Assembly: GCA_036518215.1 (NCBI GenBank)
Contig: DATDNP010000083.1
Coordinates: 1-51,861, forward strand
Direction: 5' to 3'
Length of the DNA stretch: 51,861 nt
Source of the DNA: Candidatus Limnocylindria bacterium
Lineage (GTDB): Bacteria; Chloroflexota; Limnocylindria; P2-11E
The position numbers and the translations under genes are program-made. The notes under the pieces were generated by a model. The model made no database searches. It was not told the DNA's origin and worked only from the letters and a program-made list of their open reading frames with translations. Within the stretch, counting starts at the first letter, position 1. The number at the start of each line of letters is the position of its first letter. This document shows, piece after piece, positions 1 to 9,849 of the stretch.

Positions 1-1
1 C

Positions 2-1255
2 CTGTACCCGTTCGCGAAGTCCGCGGCCGCCGGCAAGCGCGGCGTCGAGCTCCAGGAGCAGATCGACATCGGCGGCGTCACGCTCCTCCGCGCGGCGGCA
101 AAGAACTACCAGGGCGTCATCGTCGTGTCGCGGCCGGGTCGCTACCAGGCCGTGCTGGACGAGCTGCGCGAGCGCAAGGACGTGTCGCTGGAGACGCGAC
201 GCCTCCTCGCGGCCGAGGCGTTCTCGCACACCGCCGGGTACGACGCCGCGATCGCGTCGCGCTTCGTCGCCGACGCGGGCATCACGTTCCCCGACGAGAT
301 GACCCTCGCCCTCCGCAAGGTGCGGGACCTCCGCTATGGGGAGAACCCGCACCAGCAGGCCGCGTTCTACGCGGTGCGCGGTGAGGACGACGGCGCGATG
401 GTCGCGATGGAGCAGGTCCACGGGAAGGCCGCGAGCTTCAACAACGTGCTCGACATCAACGCAGCGTGGCGGCTGGCGGCCGACTTCGCGCAGCCGACCG
501 TCGCGATCGTGAAGCACCAGAATCCGTGCGGCATCGCCTCGGATCTCGACGTCACGTCCGCCTATCGCCGCGCGTTCATGGCCGATTCGGTGTCGGCGTT
601 CGGCGGCATCGTCGGCGCGAACCGCGTGGTGACGCGGGAGCTCGCCGAGGCGATGCGCGACACGTTCTACGAGGCGATCATCGCTCCGGGCTATGACGAG
701 GACGCCCTTCCGATCCTTCGCCAGCGGAAGAACCTCGAGATCCTCACGGTGCCCAACGCGTTCATCAACGGCCGGCAGCTGCGTCGTCCCGATGCGCACG
801 CGCTCGACATGAAGCGCGTCGCCGGTGGGATGCTCGTGCAGACGCCGGACGAGACGGTCGCGGAGGAGGGGAGCTACAAGGTCGTCACGGAGCGGTCGCC
901 CACGCTCGAGGAGCTCACCGACCTCATCTTCGCCTGGCGCTGCGTCCGCCACGTCACGTCGAACGCGATCGTGCTCGCGAAGGGCCTCGCGACGGTCGGC
1001 ATCGGACCGGGGCAGCTCTCGCGCGTCGTCGCCGTAGAGGTCGCCGTGCGCAAGGCCGGTGAGAACGCCCGCCTCGCCGTGATGGCGTCGGACGCGTACT
1101 TCCCGTTCCCGGACGGCATCGAGGTCGCCGCGCGCGCGGGCGTGACCGCGATCATCCAACCGGGTGGATCGATCCGCGACGCGATGATGATCGAGACGGC
1201 GAACAAGCACCGCATGGCGATGCTGTTCACGGGCCGCCGGCACTTCAAGCATTAG
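2..1255 (+). CDS. purH: Bifunctional AICAR transformylase/IMP cyclohydrolase, 5'-partial
   Basis: Frame is open from nt 2 (LYPF...EQIDIGGVTLLRAAAKNY). Contains LRYGENPHQQAAFY, KHQNPCG, DSVSAFGG, MASDAYFPFPDG, IIQPGGSIRD and ends RHFKH. Confidence 0.97.
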   Translation: MYPFAKSAAAGKRGVELQEQIDIGGVTLLRAAAKNYQGVIVVSRPGRYQAVLDELRERKDVSLETRRLLAAEAFSHTAGYDAAIASRFVADAGITFPDEMTLALRKVRDLRYGENPHQQAAFYAVRGEDDGAMVAMEQVHGKAASFNNVLDINAAWRLAADFAQPTVAIVKHQNPCGIASDLDVTSAYRRAFMADSVSAFGGIVGANRVVTRELAEAMRDTFYEAIIAPGYDEDALPILRQRKNLEILTVPNAFINGRQLRRPDAHALDMKRVAGGMLVQTPDETVAEEGSYKVVTERSPTLEELTDLIFAWRCVRHVTSNAIVLAKGLATVGIGPGQLSRVVAVEVAVRKAGENARLAVMASDAYFPFPDGIEVAARAGVTAIIQPGGSIRDAMMIETANKHRMAMLFTGRRHFKH

Positions 1256-1754
1256 CGCGCGCTTCTGCATCCAGTGCGGTGCGAAGCTCGTGCGCCGCAC
1301 GGTCGAGCACCGCGTGCGGCCGGTGTGTCCCGAGTGCGGGTGGATCGCGTTCGGCAACGCGAAGCCAGCGGTCGGTGTGCTCATCGAGAAGGGCGCCCGG
1401 CTGCTGCTGGTCCGTCGCGAGCGCGCGCCGTTCAAGGGGTATTGGGACATCCCCGGCGGCTTCCTCGAGCAGGACGAGCACCCGCGCACCGGCGCGGTGC
1501 GCGAGGCGCGCGAGGAGACGGGGCTGCGCATCGCGATCGACGAGCTCCTCGGCGTCTATCACGACAAGAACGGCGACACCTACACGCTGAACCTGTATTA
1601 CCGAGGACACGTGATCGGTGGGCGCGAGAAGGCGGGCGATGACGCCGACGCGCTCAAGTGGTTCACCAAGCGCGAGCTGCCGAAGCGCATCGCGTTCCCG
1701 GGGCATGCGAAGGACGTGCTGCGCGACTGGCTCAAGGGGCAGGTGGCCGGGTGA
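1251..1754 (+). CDS. NUDIX hydrolase with N-terminal zinc ribbon (start uncertain: ATT 1251 vs GTG 1290)
   Basis: In-frame RFCIQCGAKL...VCPECG double CxxC and Nudix box GGFLEQDEHPRTGAVREAREETG. Confidence 0.85.
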   Translation: MSARFCIQCGAKLVRRTVEHRVRPVCPECGWIAFGNAKPAVGVLIEKGARLLLVRRERAPFKGYWDIPGGFLEQDEHPRTGAVREAREETGLRIAIDELLGVYHDKNGDTYTLNLYYRGHVIGGREKAGDDADALKWFTKRELPKRIAFPGHAKDVLRDWLKGQVAG

Positions 1755-2515
1755 CCGCGCTGCTCGCGCCGCAGGTCGACCTCTCGCATGTTCCGGCGGC
1801 GCCGGGCGCATACCTGATGCTCGACGGGCGTGGTCGCATCCTCTACGTCGGCCGCGCCGGCGATCTTCGCGAGCGCGTCCGCAGCTACTGGCACGCGAGC
1901 CTCGACCGTCCGGGACTGCGCGGGATGGTGCGTCGTGTCCGACGCGTCGCGACCGTCACGACCGCGTCGGAGCACGAGGCCGCGTTCCTCGAACGCGCGC
2001 TCCTCGAGCGGCACGATCCGCCGTTCAACCGCACGCTCGGGTTCGAGAGCATCGTGGCGATCCGACTCGCGCCGTCGTCCGTGACCGCGGTGCACGAGAT
2101 CGTCGCGGTGGAGGGCGTCCGCTACTTCGGGCCGTACCTCGGCTGGTCGCCGACGGCCGGCGCCGCGAGCGCCCTCGCGCGCGCGTTCCCCATCCACCTG
2201 TGCCGGCCCGCGAACGCGATGACGACCGTCGAGCGCGACATGGCGCGCCGTCGCGGCGTGAGCGCGGCCGACGGCCCGGCGCTCGCGCGCGCCATCACGG
2301 CCGTGCTCGAGCGCGACGCGTCCGCGATCGGAGATGTCGTCGCGCGCACCGAAGCGGTGCGCGATCGTGCATCGGAGCTCGCGCTCTACGAACGCGCCGC
2401 GGAGGTGCAGGCGGAGATCGCCGGCCTTCGCTGGGTCACGCAGCCGCAGTCCATCGCGCGATTCGACGCGAGCGGCGCGTGGCGGATCGAGGAGTCGCTG
2501 CTCCGATCGGCTTAG
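1751..2515 (+). CDS. GIY-YIG nuclease, UvrC/Cho N-terminal-like, with UVR-like C-terminal helix
   Basis: GTGA overlap with the NUDIX stop. PGAYLMLD..GRILYVGRAGDLRERVRSYW and SEHEAAFLERALLERHDPPFNR. No RNase H-like or HhH C-terminal half. Confidence 0.82.
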   Translation: MTALLAPQVDLSHVPAAPGAYLMLDGRGRILYVGRAGDLRERVRSYWHASLDRPGLRGMVRRVRRVATVTTASEHEAAFLERALLERHDPPFNRTLGFESIVAIRLAPSSVTAVHEIVAVEGVRYFGPYLGWSPTAGAASALARAFPIHLCRPANAMTTVERDMARRRGVSAADGPALARAITAVLERDASAIGDVVARTEAVRDRASELALYERAAEVQAEIAGLRWVTQPQSIARFDASGAWRIEESLLRSA

Positions 2516-3210
2516 GCGAGCTCGAGGTAGCGGAACGCCTCCGCGTGCGGGATGTTCCACGCGGCACCGATGCTCTTCGACCACGCGCGCATGCGCTCCG
2601 GGAATTCGGTGCGGTCGCCGAGCTGTGAGACGTGCGACTGCAGCGCGGCGATCTTCTTGTCCAGCGTCGTCGTGATGTCGAACCAGATATTCGGCTCGCG
2701 CGATCCGAAGAGGAGCACGCGCGAGACGCGGTGGTGCTTCAGCTTGCCGCCGCGCAGCTGCTCCGGGAAGAAGAGGTGGTCGCGCGCCGCGATGACGCCG
2801 TCGAGTCCGCTCCAGCCCGCGACGCGGTGGTCGGGATGGATCTGGTAATGGCCCCACGGGTCGTTCGTGAAGACGACGTCGGGCCTGTGCTCGCGGATCA
2901 CGCGACACACCTCGCCGCGCAGCTTCATCGTCCGCTCGAGCTCGCCGTCCTGGTACCCCAGGAACACGAAGCCCTGTACGCCGATCGCCTCGCCCGCCGC
3001 GCGCTGCTCACGCTGACGGATCTCCGCCATCTGCTTCGGCGACATCTTCGGGTCGTGCGTCCCCTTCTGCCCGCTCGTGATGACGCAGTACGTGACGTGG
3101 GTGCCACGCTCGATCCACGCGGCGAGCGTGCCCGAGCATCCGAAGTCGACATCGTCGGGGTGCGCGAAGATCGCCATCGCCCGCTTCGGGACGGGGAACG
3201 CTTCGGCCAC
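2512..3210 (-). CDS. PIG-L/LmbE family deacetylase (MshB/BshB-like)
   Basis: AHPDDVDFGCSG, RQREQRAAG, GYQDGEL and HPDHRV motifs. GGAGG lies 7 nt before GTG 3210. Confidence 0.9.
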   Translation of the reverse strand: MAEAFPVPKRAMAIFAHPDDVDFGCSGTLAAWIERGTHVTYCVITSGQKGTHDPKMSPKQMAEIRQREQRAAGEAIGVQGFVFLGYQDGELERTMKLRGEVCRVIREHRPDVVFTNDPWGHYQIHPDHRVAGWSGLDGVIAARDHLFFPEQLRGGKLKHHRVSRVLLFGSREPNIWFDITTTLDKKIAALQSHVSQLGDRTEFPERMRAWSKSIGAAWNIPHAEAFRYLELA

Positions 3211-3212
3211 GC

Positions 3213-4472
3213 TCAGACCTCCACCTTCGTGTTCGCGAGGATCTCGGCGTACAGTGCTTCGATGCGATCGCCGACCTTCTTCCACGTGTAGTGCTCCGCG
3301 CGATCGCGCGCGCCGTGCGCGAGGTGCATGCGCAGCCGCGGGTCCGTGAGCACCTGCGCGATCGCCTCCGCGAGCGCCTGGTAATCGCCCGCCGGGACAA
3401 GGAGACCTGATTCGCCGTCCTCGATGAGCTTTTGGAGGCCGCCGACGCGCGTGCCGACGACCGGCGTGCCGCACGCCATCGCCTCGAGCGCGACGAGACC
3501 GAACGATTCCGTCAGGGAGGGAACGGCGCACACGTCCGCGGCCGCGTAGTACATCGCGAGCGCGTCCTGATCCCGCGAGCCCACGAACGAGACGTTCGCC
3601 TCCATGCGGTGCTGATGCACGAGCCGCCGCAGCTCCTGGATCTTCTCCGTCTCGGGCGCATCGTCGCCCGGATCGAGCGCGCCGCCGACGACGACGAGAC
3701 AGACGTCGGACCGGAGCTCGGGATGCCTGAAGAACAGGAGCCCGAGCGCGCGCAGCAGCACGTCGATGCCCTTGATCTGCTCGATCCGCCCGACGAAGAG
3801 GATGAGGCGCTCGCACTGATCGCGACCGAGCTTCTCGCGCGCGTCGACCTGCCGGATCGGCCGGAAGACGTTCGGGTCGACGCCGCACGGGATGACGTGG
3901 AGCTTCGCGCGATCGGCGTCGTACAGGTCCAGCAGCTCGCCGACCTCGATCTCGCTCGCGGCGACGATCGCCGCGGAGTCGCGCACGGCGCGCCGCTCGA
4001 TGGCGATGCGCACGTCGCTCTCGCCGTCGAGGTCCTCGTCCATGACCTCTCGCTTCACGAGGCCGAGCGTGTGGAACATCTGGATGCGCGGCACGCGCCA
4101 CCGCGGCGCGAGCGTGCGCGCGACCTCGGCGGACAGCCAGTAATGGGAGTGGATGAGGTCGTACGAGCGGCCTTCGGCCGCGACGTGCTCCTGGAGCTTC
4201 GTCGTGAACTCGTCGAGGTGGTCGTACACGTCCATCTTCGGCCAGTACCCCATCGGTCCCGACGGGATGTGGACGACGCGCGCGTTCGGACCGAGCGACT
4301 GGATGCGTGGATCGTCCTTCTCGCGCCACCGGGTGAAGACGTCGACCTCGACGCCGCGGCGGCCCAGCTCGCGCGCAAGCTCGCGCACGTACACGTTCAT
4401 GCCGCCCGAGTCGCGCCCGCCGAGCTTCGCGAGCGGGCACGCGTGGACCGACAGCATCGCGATCCGCCTCAC
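3213..4472 (-). CDS. GT4 glycosyltransferase, MshA-like (D-inositol-3-phosphate glycosyltransferase-like)
   Basis: RRIAMLSVHACPLAKLGGRDSGGMNVYV, EVDVFTR, HSHYWLS, FVGRIEQIKG and ESFGLVALEAMACG. Confidence 0.9.
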   Translation of the reverse strand: MRRIAMLSVHACPLAKLGGRDSGGMNVYVRELARELGRRGVEVDVFTRWREKDDPRIQSLGPNARVVHIPSGPMGYWPKMDVYDHLDEFTTKLQEHVAAEGRSYDLIHSHYWLSAEVARTLAPRWRVPRIQMFHTLGLVKREVMDEDLDGESDVRIAIERRAVRDSAAIVAASEIEVGELLDLYDADRAKLHVIPCGVDPNVFRPIRQVDAREKLGRDQCERLILFVGRIEQIKGIDVLLRALGLLFFRHPELRSDVCLVVVGGALDPGDDAPETEKIQELRRLVHQHRMEANVSFVGSRDQDALAMYYAAADVCAVPSLTESFGLVALEAMACGTPVVGTRVGGLQKLIEDGESGLLVPAGDYQALAEAIAQVLTDPRLRMHLAHGARDRAEHYTWKKVGDRIEALYAEILANTKVEV

Positions 4473-5452
4473 TCCCGCACGGCCTCCAGCCGCCAGAGCC
4501 AGCGGTCCGTCGCGCCGAGGTCGTACTTGTATGGCTCGTCGCCGCGAAGCAGGTCGTACACCTTGAAGCCCTGCGCGATCGCATCGCGGATCGCGTACGC
4601 GTGCGTCGCGATGCCGAGCGAGAGCGATGAGAAGGCGGGGTCGTACGCGGCGTTGTACAGGGCGAGCGTGTCTCCGTACGCGAACGCGAAGAGCACCGCG
4701 GCATCGACGTCGTGCGCGCGGATGACGCCGAGCCGCAGCGTGCCGTTGGCCGCGAGCGCGTCGGCGATATCGCGGAAGAACGACTCGGCCTCCGTGGTCA
4801 TGAACGCGGCCTTCTCGCCCTTCGAGAGACGGTGCAGCGCGAAGAAGCGGTCGAGCACGCTTGCGCGCTCCGACTCGGGCGCCCAGCGGAACCCCGTGCC
4901 GGGAGCGTCGTCGAATCGCCGCAGCTTGCGGCGCAGCTCATGCCGCTCCTTCTTGCCGAGTCCCTGCACGTACGTCTCGAAGTCACCGGGGAGCGTCATC
5001 CGCGGGCTCGTGATGAGGCGCTCGCGCGTCACCCGATAGCCACACGCGGCGAGGGTCTCGTCGATCGCGGTGAGCGTCGGCGTGTCTTCCGGAACGTACT
5101 CGAGGAGCACGCGCGGCGTGCGCTCGGCGGCGATCCACGTCGCGACCGCGACCGAAGCGCGCCGCGCGTCGTCGGGAGCGGCCGCGATGTCCTGTTCGTC
5201 GGTGAGCTCTCCGCCGGCGAAGCCGATGGTCCCGTCGGCGGAGCGCGCGAGCGCGGCCACGGCGTACGGAGGATCGCCCGCGGCGAGCGTGATCGGCTCC
5301 CGCGCGTCATGCGCTCGGGCCACCGCAAGCCAGTCGGGAGTGAGGAAGATGGAGGCTGGCGCGCGCCGCGCGGCGATGCCGGACCAGGCGGACCGGATCT
5401 CGCTCGGGGCGCGCGCGGTACAGGCTGCGTCCGGGCTGGTGGAGAGGGTCAC
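4469..5452 (-). CDS. GNAT family protein, Acetyltransf_6 / CelD-BcsL / FemAB-like double GNAT fold
   Basis: SIFLTPDWL, basic helix KKERHELRRKLRRF, YNAAYDP and YDLLRGDEPYKYDLG. GGAGG precedes GTG 5452. Confidence 0.82.
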   Translation of the reverse strand: MTLSTSPDAACTARAPSEIRSAWSGIAARRAPASIFLTPDWLAVARAHDAREPITLAAGDPPYAVAALARSADGTIGFAGGELTDEQDIAAAPDDARRASVAVATWIAAERTPRVLLEYVPEDTPTLTAIDETLAACGYRVTRERLITSPRMTLPGDFETYVQGLGKKERHELRRKLRRFDDAPGTGFRWAPESERASVLDRFFALHRLSKGEKAAFMTTEAESFFRDIADALAANGTLRLGVIRAHDVDAAVLFAFAYGDTLALYNAAYDPAFSSLSLGIATHAYAIRDAIAQGFKVYDLLRGDEPYKYDLGATDRWLWRLEAVRE

Positions 5453-5513
5453 CCGACCTCCGAGTCTAGGAGTTCCCTGACAGAACACACCGTTGCGTAC
5501 ATATCATTCCCGC

Positions 5514-6667
5514 GTGCCCGACCGCGCGGCGCCGCGGGTCGTCATCGCCCCCCAATCGTTCAAAGGAAGCGCGGATGCGGTCGCCGTCGCCGCGGCGATC
5601 GCGCGCGGGCTGCGTCGTGTCTGGCCGCGCGCCGAATGTCTCGAGGTGCCCCTCGCCGACGGCGGTGAGGGCACGGTGCATGCCCTCGTCCGCGCGACGG
5701 GCGGCGAGCTGCGTCGAACGCGCGTGCACGACCCGCTCGGGCGCGAGATCGATGCGGAGTGGGGGATCCTCGGCGATCGCACGACCGCGGTCGTTGAGAT
5801 GGCGGCCGCGAGCGGACTCACGCTCCTTCGCGAGGACGAGCGGGATCCACGAATCACGTCGACGCGCGGCACTGGTGAGCTCATCCTTGCCGCCGCGATG
5901 ACGGGCGCTCACCGCATCGTCATCGGCATCGGAGGGAGCGCGACGAACGACGGCGGCGCGGGGATGGCGCGCGCGTTCGGCTATCGATTCTTCGACGCGG
6001 ACGGTGTCGAGCTGCCCGAGGGCGGCGCCGCGCTCGCACGACTCGCGCGCATCGATGGGCAGACCGACCCGCGTCTCGTCCGTCCGAGCATCGATGTCGC
6101 GTGTGACGTGCGCAATCCGCTCCTCGGCTCCGAGGGCGCGACCGCGGTGTTCGGACCGCAGAAGGGAGCGACGCGCGACATCGTGCGCGAGCTCGACGGT
6201 GCGCTCGGGCGCTACGCCGATGTCGTCGAGCGTTTCGTCGGTCGGCCGGTCCGCGATGTGCCCGGCGCGGGTGCTGCGGGCGGTCTCGGCGCGGGACTCG
6301 TCGCGTTCCTCGATGCGCGACTCGTATCGGGCGCGAAGCTCGTCCTCGATGCGGTCCGCTTCGATCGCCGTCTCGACGGCGCGACGCTCGTCGTCACCGG
6401 CGAGGGGCGGATCGACGGTCAGAGCGTGTACGGGAAGCTGACGCAGGCCGTGACCGAGGCCGCGAAGCGGCGTGGCGTGCGCGTCGCCGCCGTCGCGGGG
6501 ATGCTCGGTCCCGGCTACGAAGCGATGCGCGACGCGGGCATCGACATGATCCAGACATGCGCGACGACGGACGCCGAGCGCGTGGCTGCGATGCGCGATC
6601 CGCTTCCGCGGATCGAAGCGGCGGCGGAGCGGCTCGCGATGCAGATCGACGCGGGAGCGGATACCGT

Positions 6668-6671
<4 letters not shown>
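5514..6671 (+). CDS. glxK: Glycerate kinase (GarK/GlxK family)
   Basis: VIAPQSFKGS, PLADGGEGT, STRGTGELI, GGSATNDGG, VFGPQKGA and TGEGRIDGQS. TATCAT -10 box lies 6 nt before GTG. Confidence 0.95.
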
Positions 6672-7656
<985 letters not shown>

Positions 7657-7660
<4 letters not shown>

Positions 7661-8220
7661 CGGACCGACTCCGCCATCGCGTCCGCCATGTTCGGGTCGA
7701 TGCCGTCGGCGATCCGCACGTGGAGCTCGTACAGCAGCCCATCCTTGCTCCACATGTAGCTCGCGAAGCCCACGGTCCCCGGCGGCGCCGTGCGCGGCAG
7801 CGTCGTCACGATCGCGGGCACTCCCTGCACCGTCCCGTTGATCTCGCGCTGGTTGCCGACCGGGATCGCGTCCTGTCTCGTGACGTCGAGCGTCGCGACG
7901 CCGTGGCGATCTCGCGTGTACCCGACCGAGACGATGCCGACCCCCGGCCGAGCGAAGGGAAGGGGCGCCCAGCCGATCCCGTCGCGGTGCACGCCGCTCG
8001 GCAGATACGTGATCTGCGGCATCGGGCGCCCGAGGATCGCGCAGACCTCGGAGGGGCTGGCCTTCCCGACCGCGCCGTGGTCCGGATCGTACGTCGGCAC
8101 GGCCACCGGGAACGGCGAGCAACCGGGGCGTGCGAGCTCGTATGCGCCGAACGCACTGGCTGCGACGAGTGCGACGATCGATGTCGCGACGAGCGCGCGA
8201 AGGATCCGGAGACCGTTCAT
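7657..8220 (-). CDS. Hypothetical exported or membrane-anchored protein
   Basis: AGGAG precedes ATG. N-terminal hydrophobic segment, two Cys, and it fills the folD-glpX gap. Confidence 0.6.
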
Positions 8221-8247
8221 GCGTACGACGCTCCTAACGTCGAGACG

Positions 8248-9069
8248 CTAGCGCTGTTCCTCGGCTGCGGCGACGACATTGCGCAGCAACAAAGCCGTGG
8301 TCACCGCGCCGACGCCGCCAGGCACCGGGGTCACTGCTCCCGCGACGTGAGCAACGCTCTCGCCGTCCGCATCGCCGGCGATGCCCGACGGCGTCACGTT
8401 GATCCCGGCGTCGATGACCGTCGCGCCCGGCTTCAGCATGTCCCCGCGCAGGAAGCCCTTGCGACCGATCGCGACCACCACGATGTCCGCGCTCCGCGCA
8501 TGCGCGGCGATGTCCGCGGTCTTGCTGTGCGCCAGGGTCACCGTCGCGTCCTCCTGGAGCAGCAGGCTCGCGACGGGTCGACCGACGATGGGGCTCCGCC
8601 CGATGACGACGGCGTTCGCGCCGCGCAGCGGGACCTCGTAGAAGCGAAGGAGCTCGAGGATCGCCTCCGCGGTCGACGGTATGAAGCGCGGCCGTCCGAG
8701 CGTGAGACGCCCGACGTTCTCCGGATGCACGCCCTCGATGTCCTTCGCGGGCACGATCGCGGCGGTCATGCGCTCTTCGCTCATCCCGTTCGGGAGCGGC
8801 GTCAGCATGAGGACGCCGTGCGCGTCGCTGCGGCGGAGGGCATCCGCGAGCGCGCGTTCATCGGCCGCGACGACGCGCTCGTCGAGCGAGACACCCAGCT
8901 CCGTGGCGAGCTTGCGGATGCGCCCGAGGTACGAGCTCGCCGCGGGGTCGGCGCCGACGCGTACGACGTCGAGCCTCGGTGTGATCCCCTGCGAGCGAAG
9001 GGAGGCGATGCGTTCCTTGGTCCCCCCGTTCACCCGCTCCGCGACGGGACGCCCGTGGAGCAGGCGCAT
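8248..9069 (-). CDS. folD: Methylenetetrahydrofolate dehydrogenase/cyclohydrolase
   Basis: VGADPAASSY, KDIEGVHPEN, VVIGRSPIVGRP, VIDAGIN and TPVPGGVGAVTTALL. Confidence 0.96.
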   Translation of the reverse strand: MRLLHGRPVAERVNGGTKERIASLRSQGITPRLDVVRVGADPAASSYLGRIRKLATELGVSLDERVVAADERALADALRRSDAHGVLMLTPLPNGMSEERMTAAIVPAKDIEGVHPENVGRLTLGRPRFIPSTAEAILELLRFYEVPLRGANAVVIGRSPIVGRPVASLLLQEDATVTLAHSKTADIAAHARSADIVVVAIGRKGFLRGDMLKPGATVIDAGINVTPSGIAGDADGESVAHVAGAVTPVPGGVGAVTTALLLRNVVAAAEEQR

Positions 9070-9695
9070 CAGCGCGCGATGCGCGACTCGACGAAGTCCG
9101 TGATGCGCTTGCGCTGTGCCTCCGCGCCGTCGAGCGCGCGATCGAGATCCTCGGAGAGGGCCTTCACCTGACCTCGGTCCTTGAGCGACGCGAGGTTGAT
9201 CATCACGTTCATCGCGGCGCCCTGGAGCGCCGCCTCGGCCATGAGCGCACCGACCCCGATGTCGCTCACCGCCGCATCCGGCGCCTTCGCGAGGCCCTGC
9301 TCGCAGGCGTCGAGCAAGCGACGGCTCGTCTTCGCGAGCTCGAGCGGCACGCGCGCCGCGGCGAGGAGCGCGGTCTGGATGCGCTCGGTCCGCGTTGCCT
9401 TCTCGGCGTCGTTCGTCTTCGGCAGCTTCATCGCCTCCGCGACGCGCGCGTACACGGCGCTGTCGTCGTCGACGAGGCGCAGGAAGTCGTTCCGGAGGTC
9501 GTCCAGCTGCGCGATGTGATCCCGGAGCGCCTCATCGTCGTCCTTCTTCGCGGCGATGCGAGCGACCATCGCCGCGAGCGCCGCGCCGAGCGCGGCCGCG
9601 TACGCCGACGCGCTCCCGCCGCCGGGCACCGGCACGGCCGACGCGAGGTCGTCGCTGAACGCGCGCAGCGTGCTTTCGACGAGTCGTTGCGACAT
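9069..9695 (-). CDS. Cyclodeaminase/cyclohydrolase family (FTCD C-terminal / FchA-like)
   Basis: FSDDLASAVPVPGGGSASA, LVDDDSAVY, AARVPLE, SDIGVG and NVMINL. Confidence 0.9.
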   Translation of the reverse strand: MSQRLVESTLRAFSDDLASAVPVPGGGSASAYAAALGAALAAMVARIAAKKDDDEALRDHIAQLDDLRNDFLRLVDDDSAVYARVAEAMKLPKTNDAEKATRTERIQTALLAAARVPLELAKTSRRLLDACEQGLAKAPDAAVSDIGVGALMAEAALQGAAMNVMINLASLKDRGQVKALSEDLDRALDGAEAQRKRITDFVESRIAR

Positions 9696-9714
9696 GGGCG
9701 CGTGCGAGTGTACG

Positions 9715-9723
9715 TGTTACGAT
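9715..9723 (+). promoter_or_regulatory. Extended -10 promoter (TGnTACGAT) for the SAM-I/met operon
   Basis: TG-T-TACGAT at 9715-9723, 16 nt before the aptamer. A divergent TACACT on the minus strand (9707-9712) may serve the FTCD-C gene. Confidence 0.55.
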
Positions 9724-9739
9724 GCCGCGAACGCGGTCC

Positions 9740-9840
9740 CTTTCATCCAGAGAGGCTGAGGGAACGGCCCGATGACGCCTCGGCAACCGGCGGAGACCCG
9801 CAGTGGTGCCAACTCCGGCCCGACAAGGGAAAGATGAGAG
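9740..9840 (+). ncRNA. SAM-I (S-box) riboswitch
   Basis: CTTTCATCCAGAGAGG-CTGAGGGA-ACGGCCC-GATGACGCC-TCGGCAACC...GGTGCCAACTCC...AAGATGAGAG matches the S-box consensus. P1 is 9740-9747 paired with 9833-9840. It lies upstream of metF and metE. Confidence 0.94.
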
Positions 9841-9849
9841 GTCAGAAGT

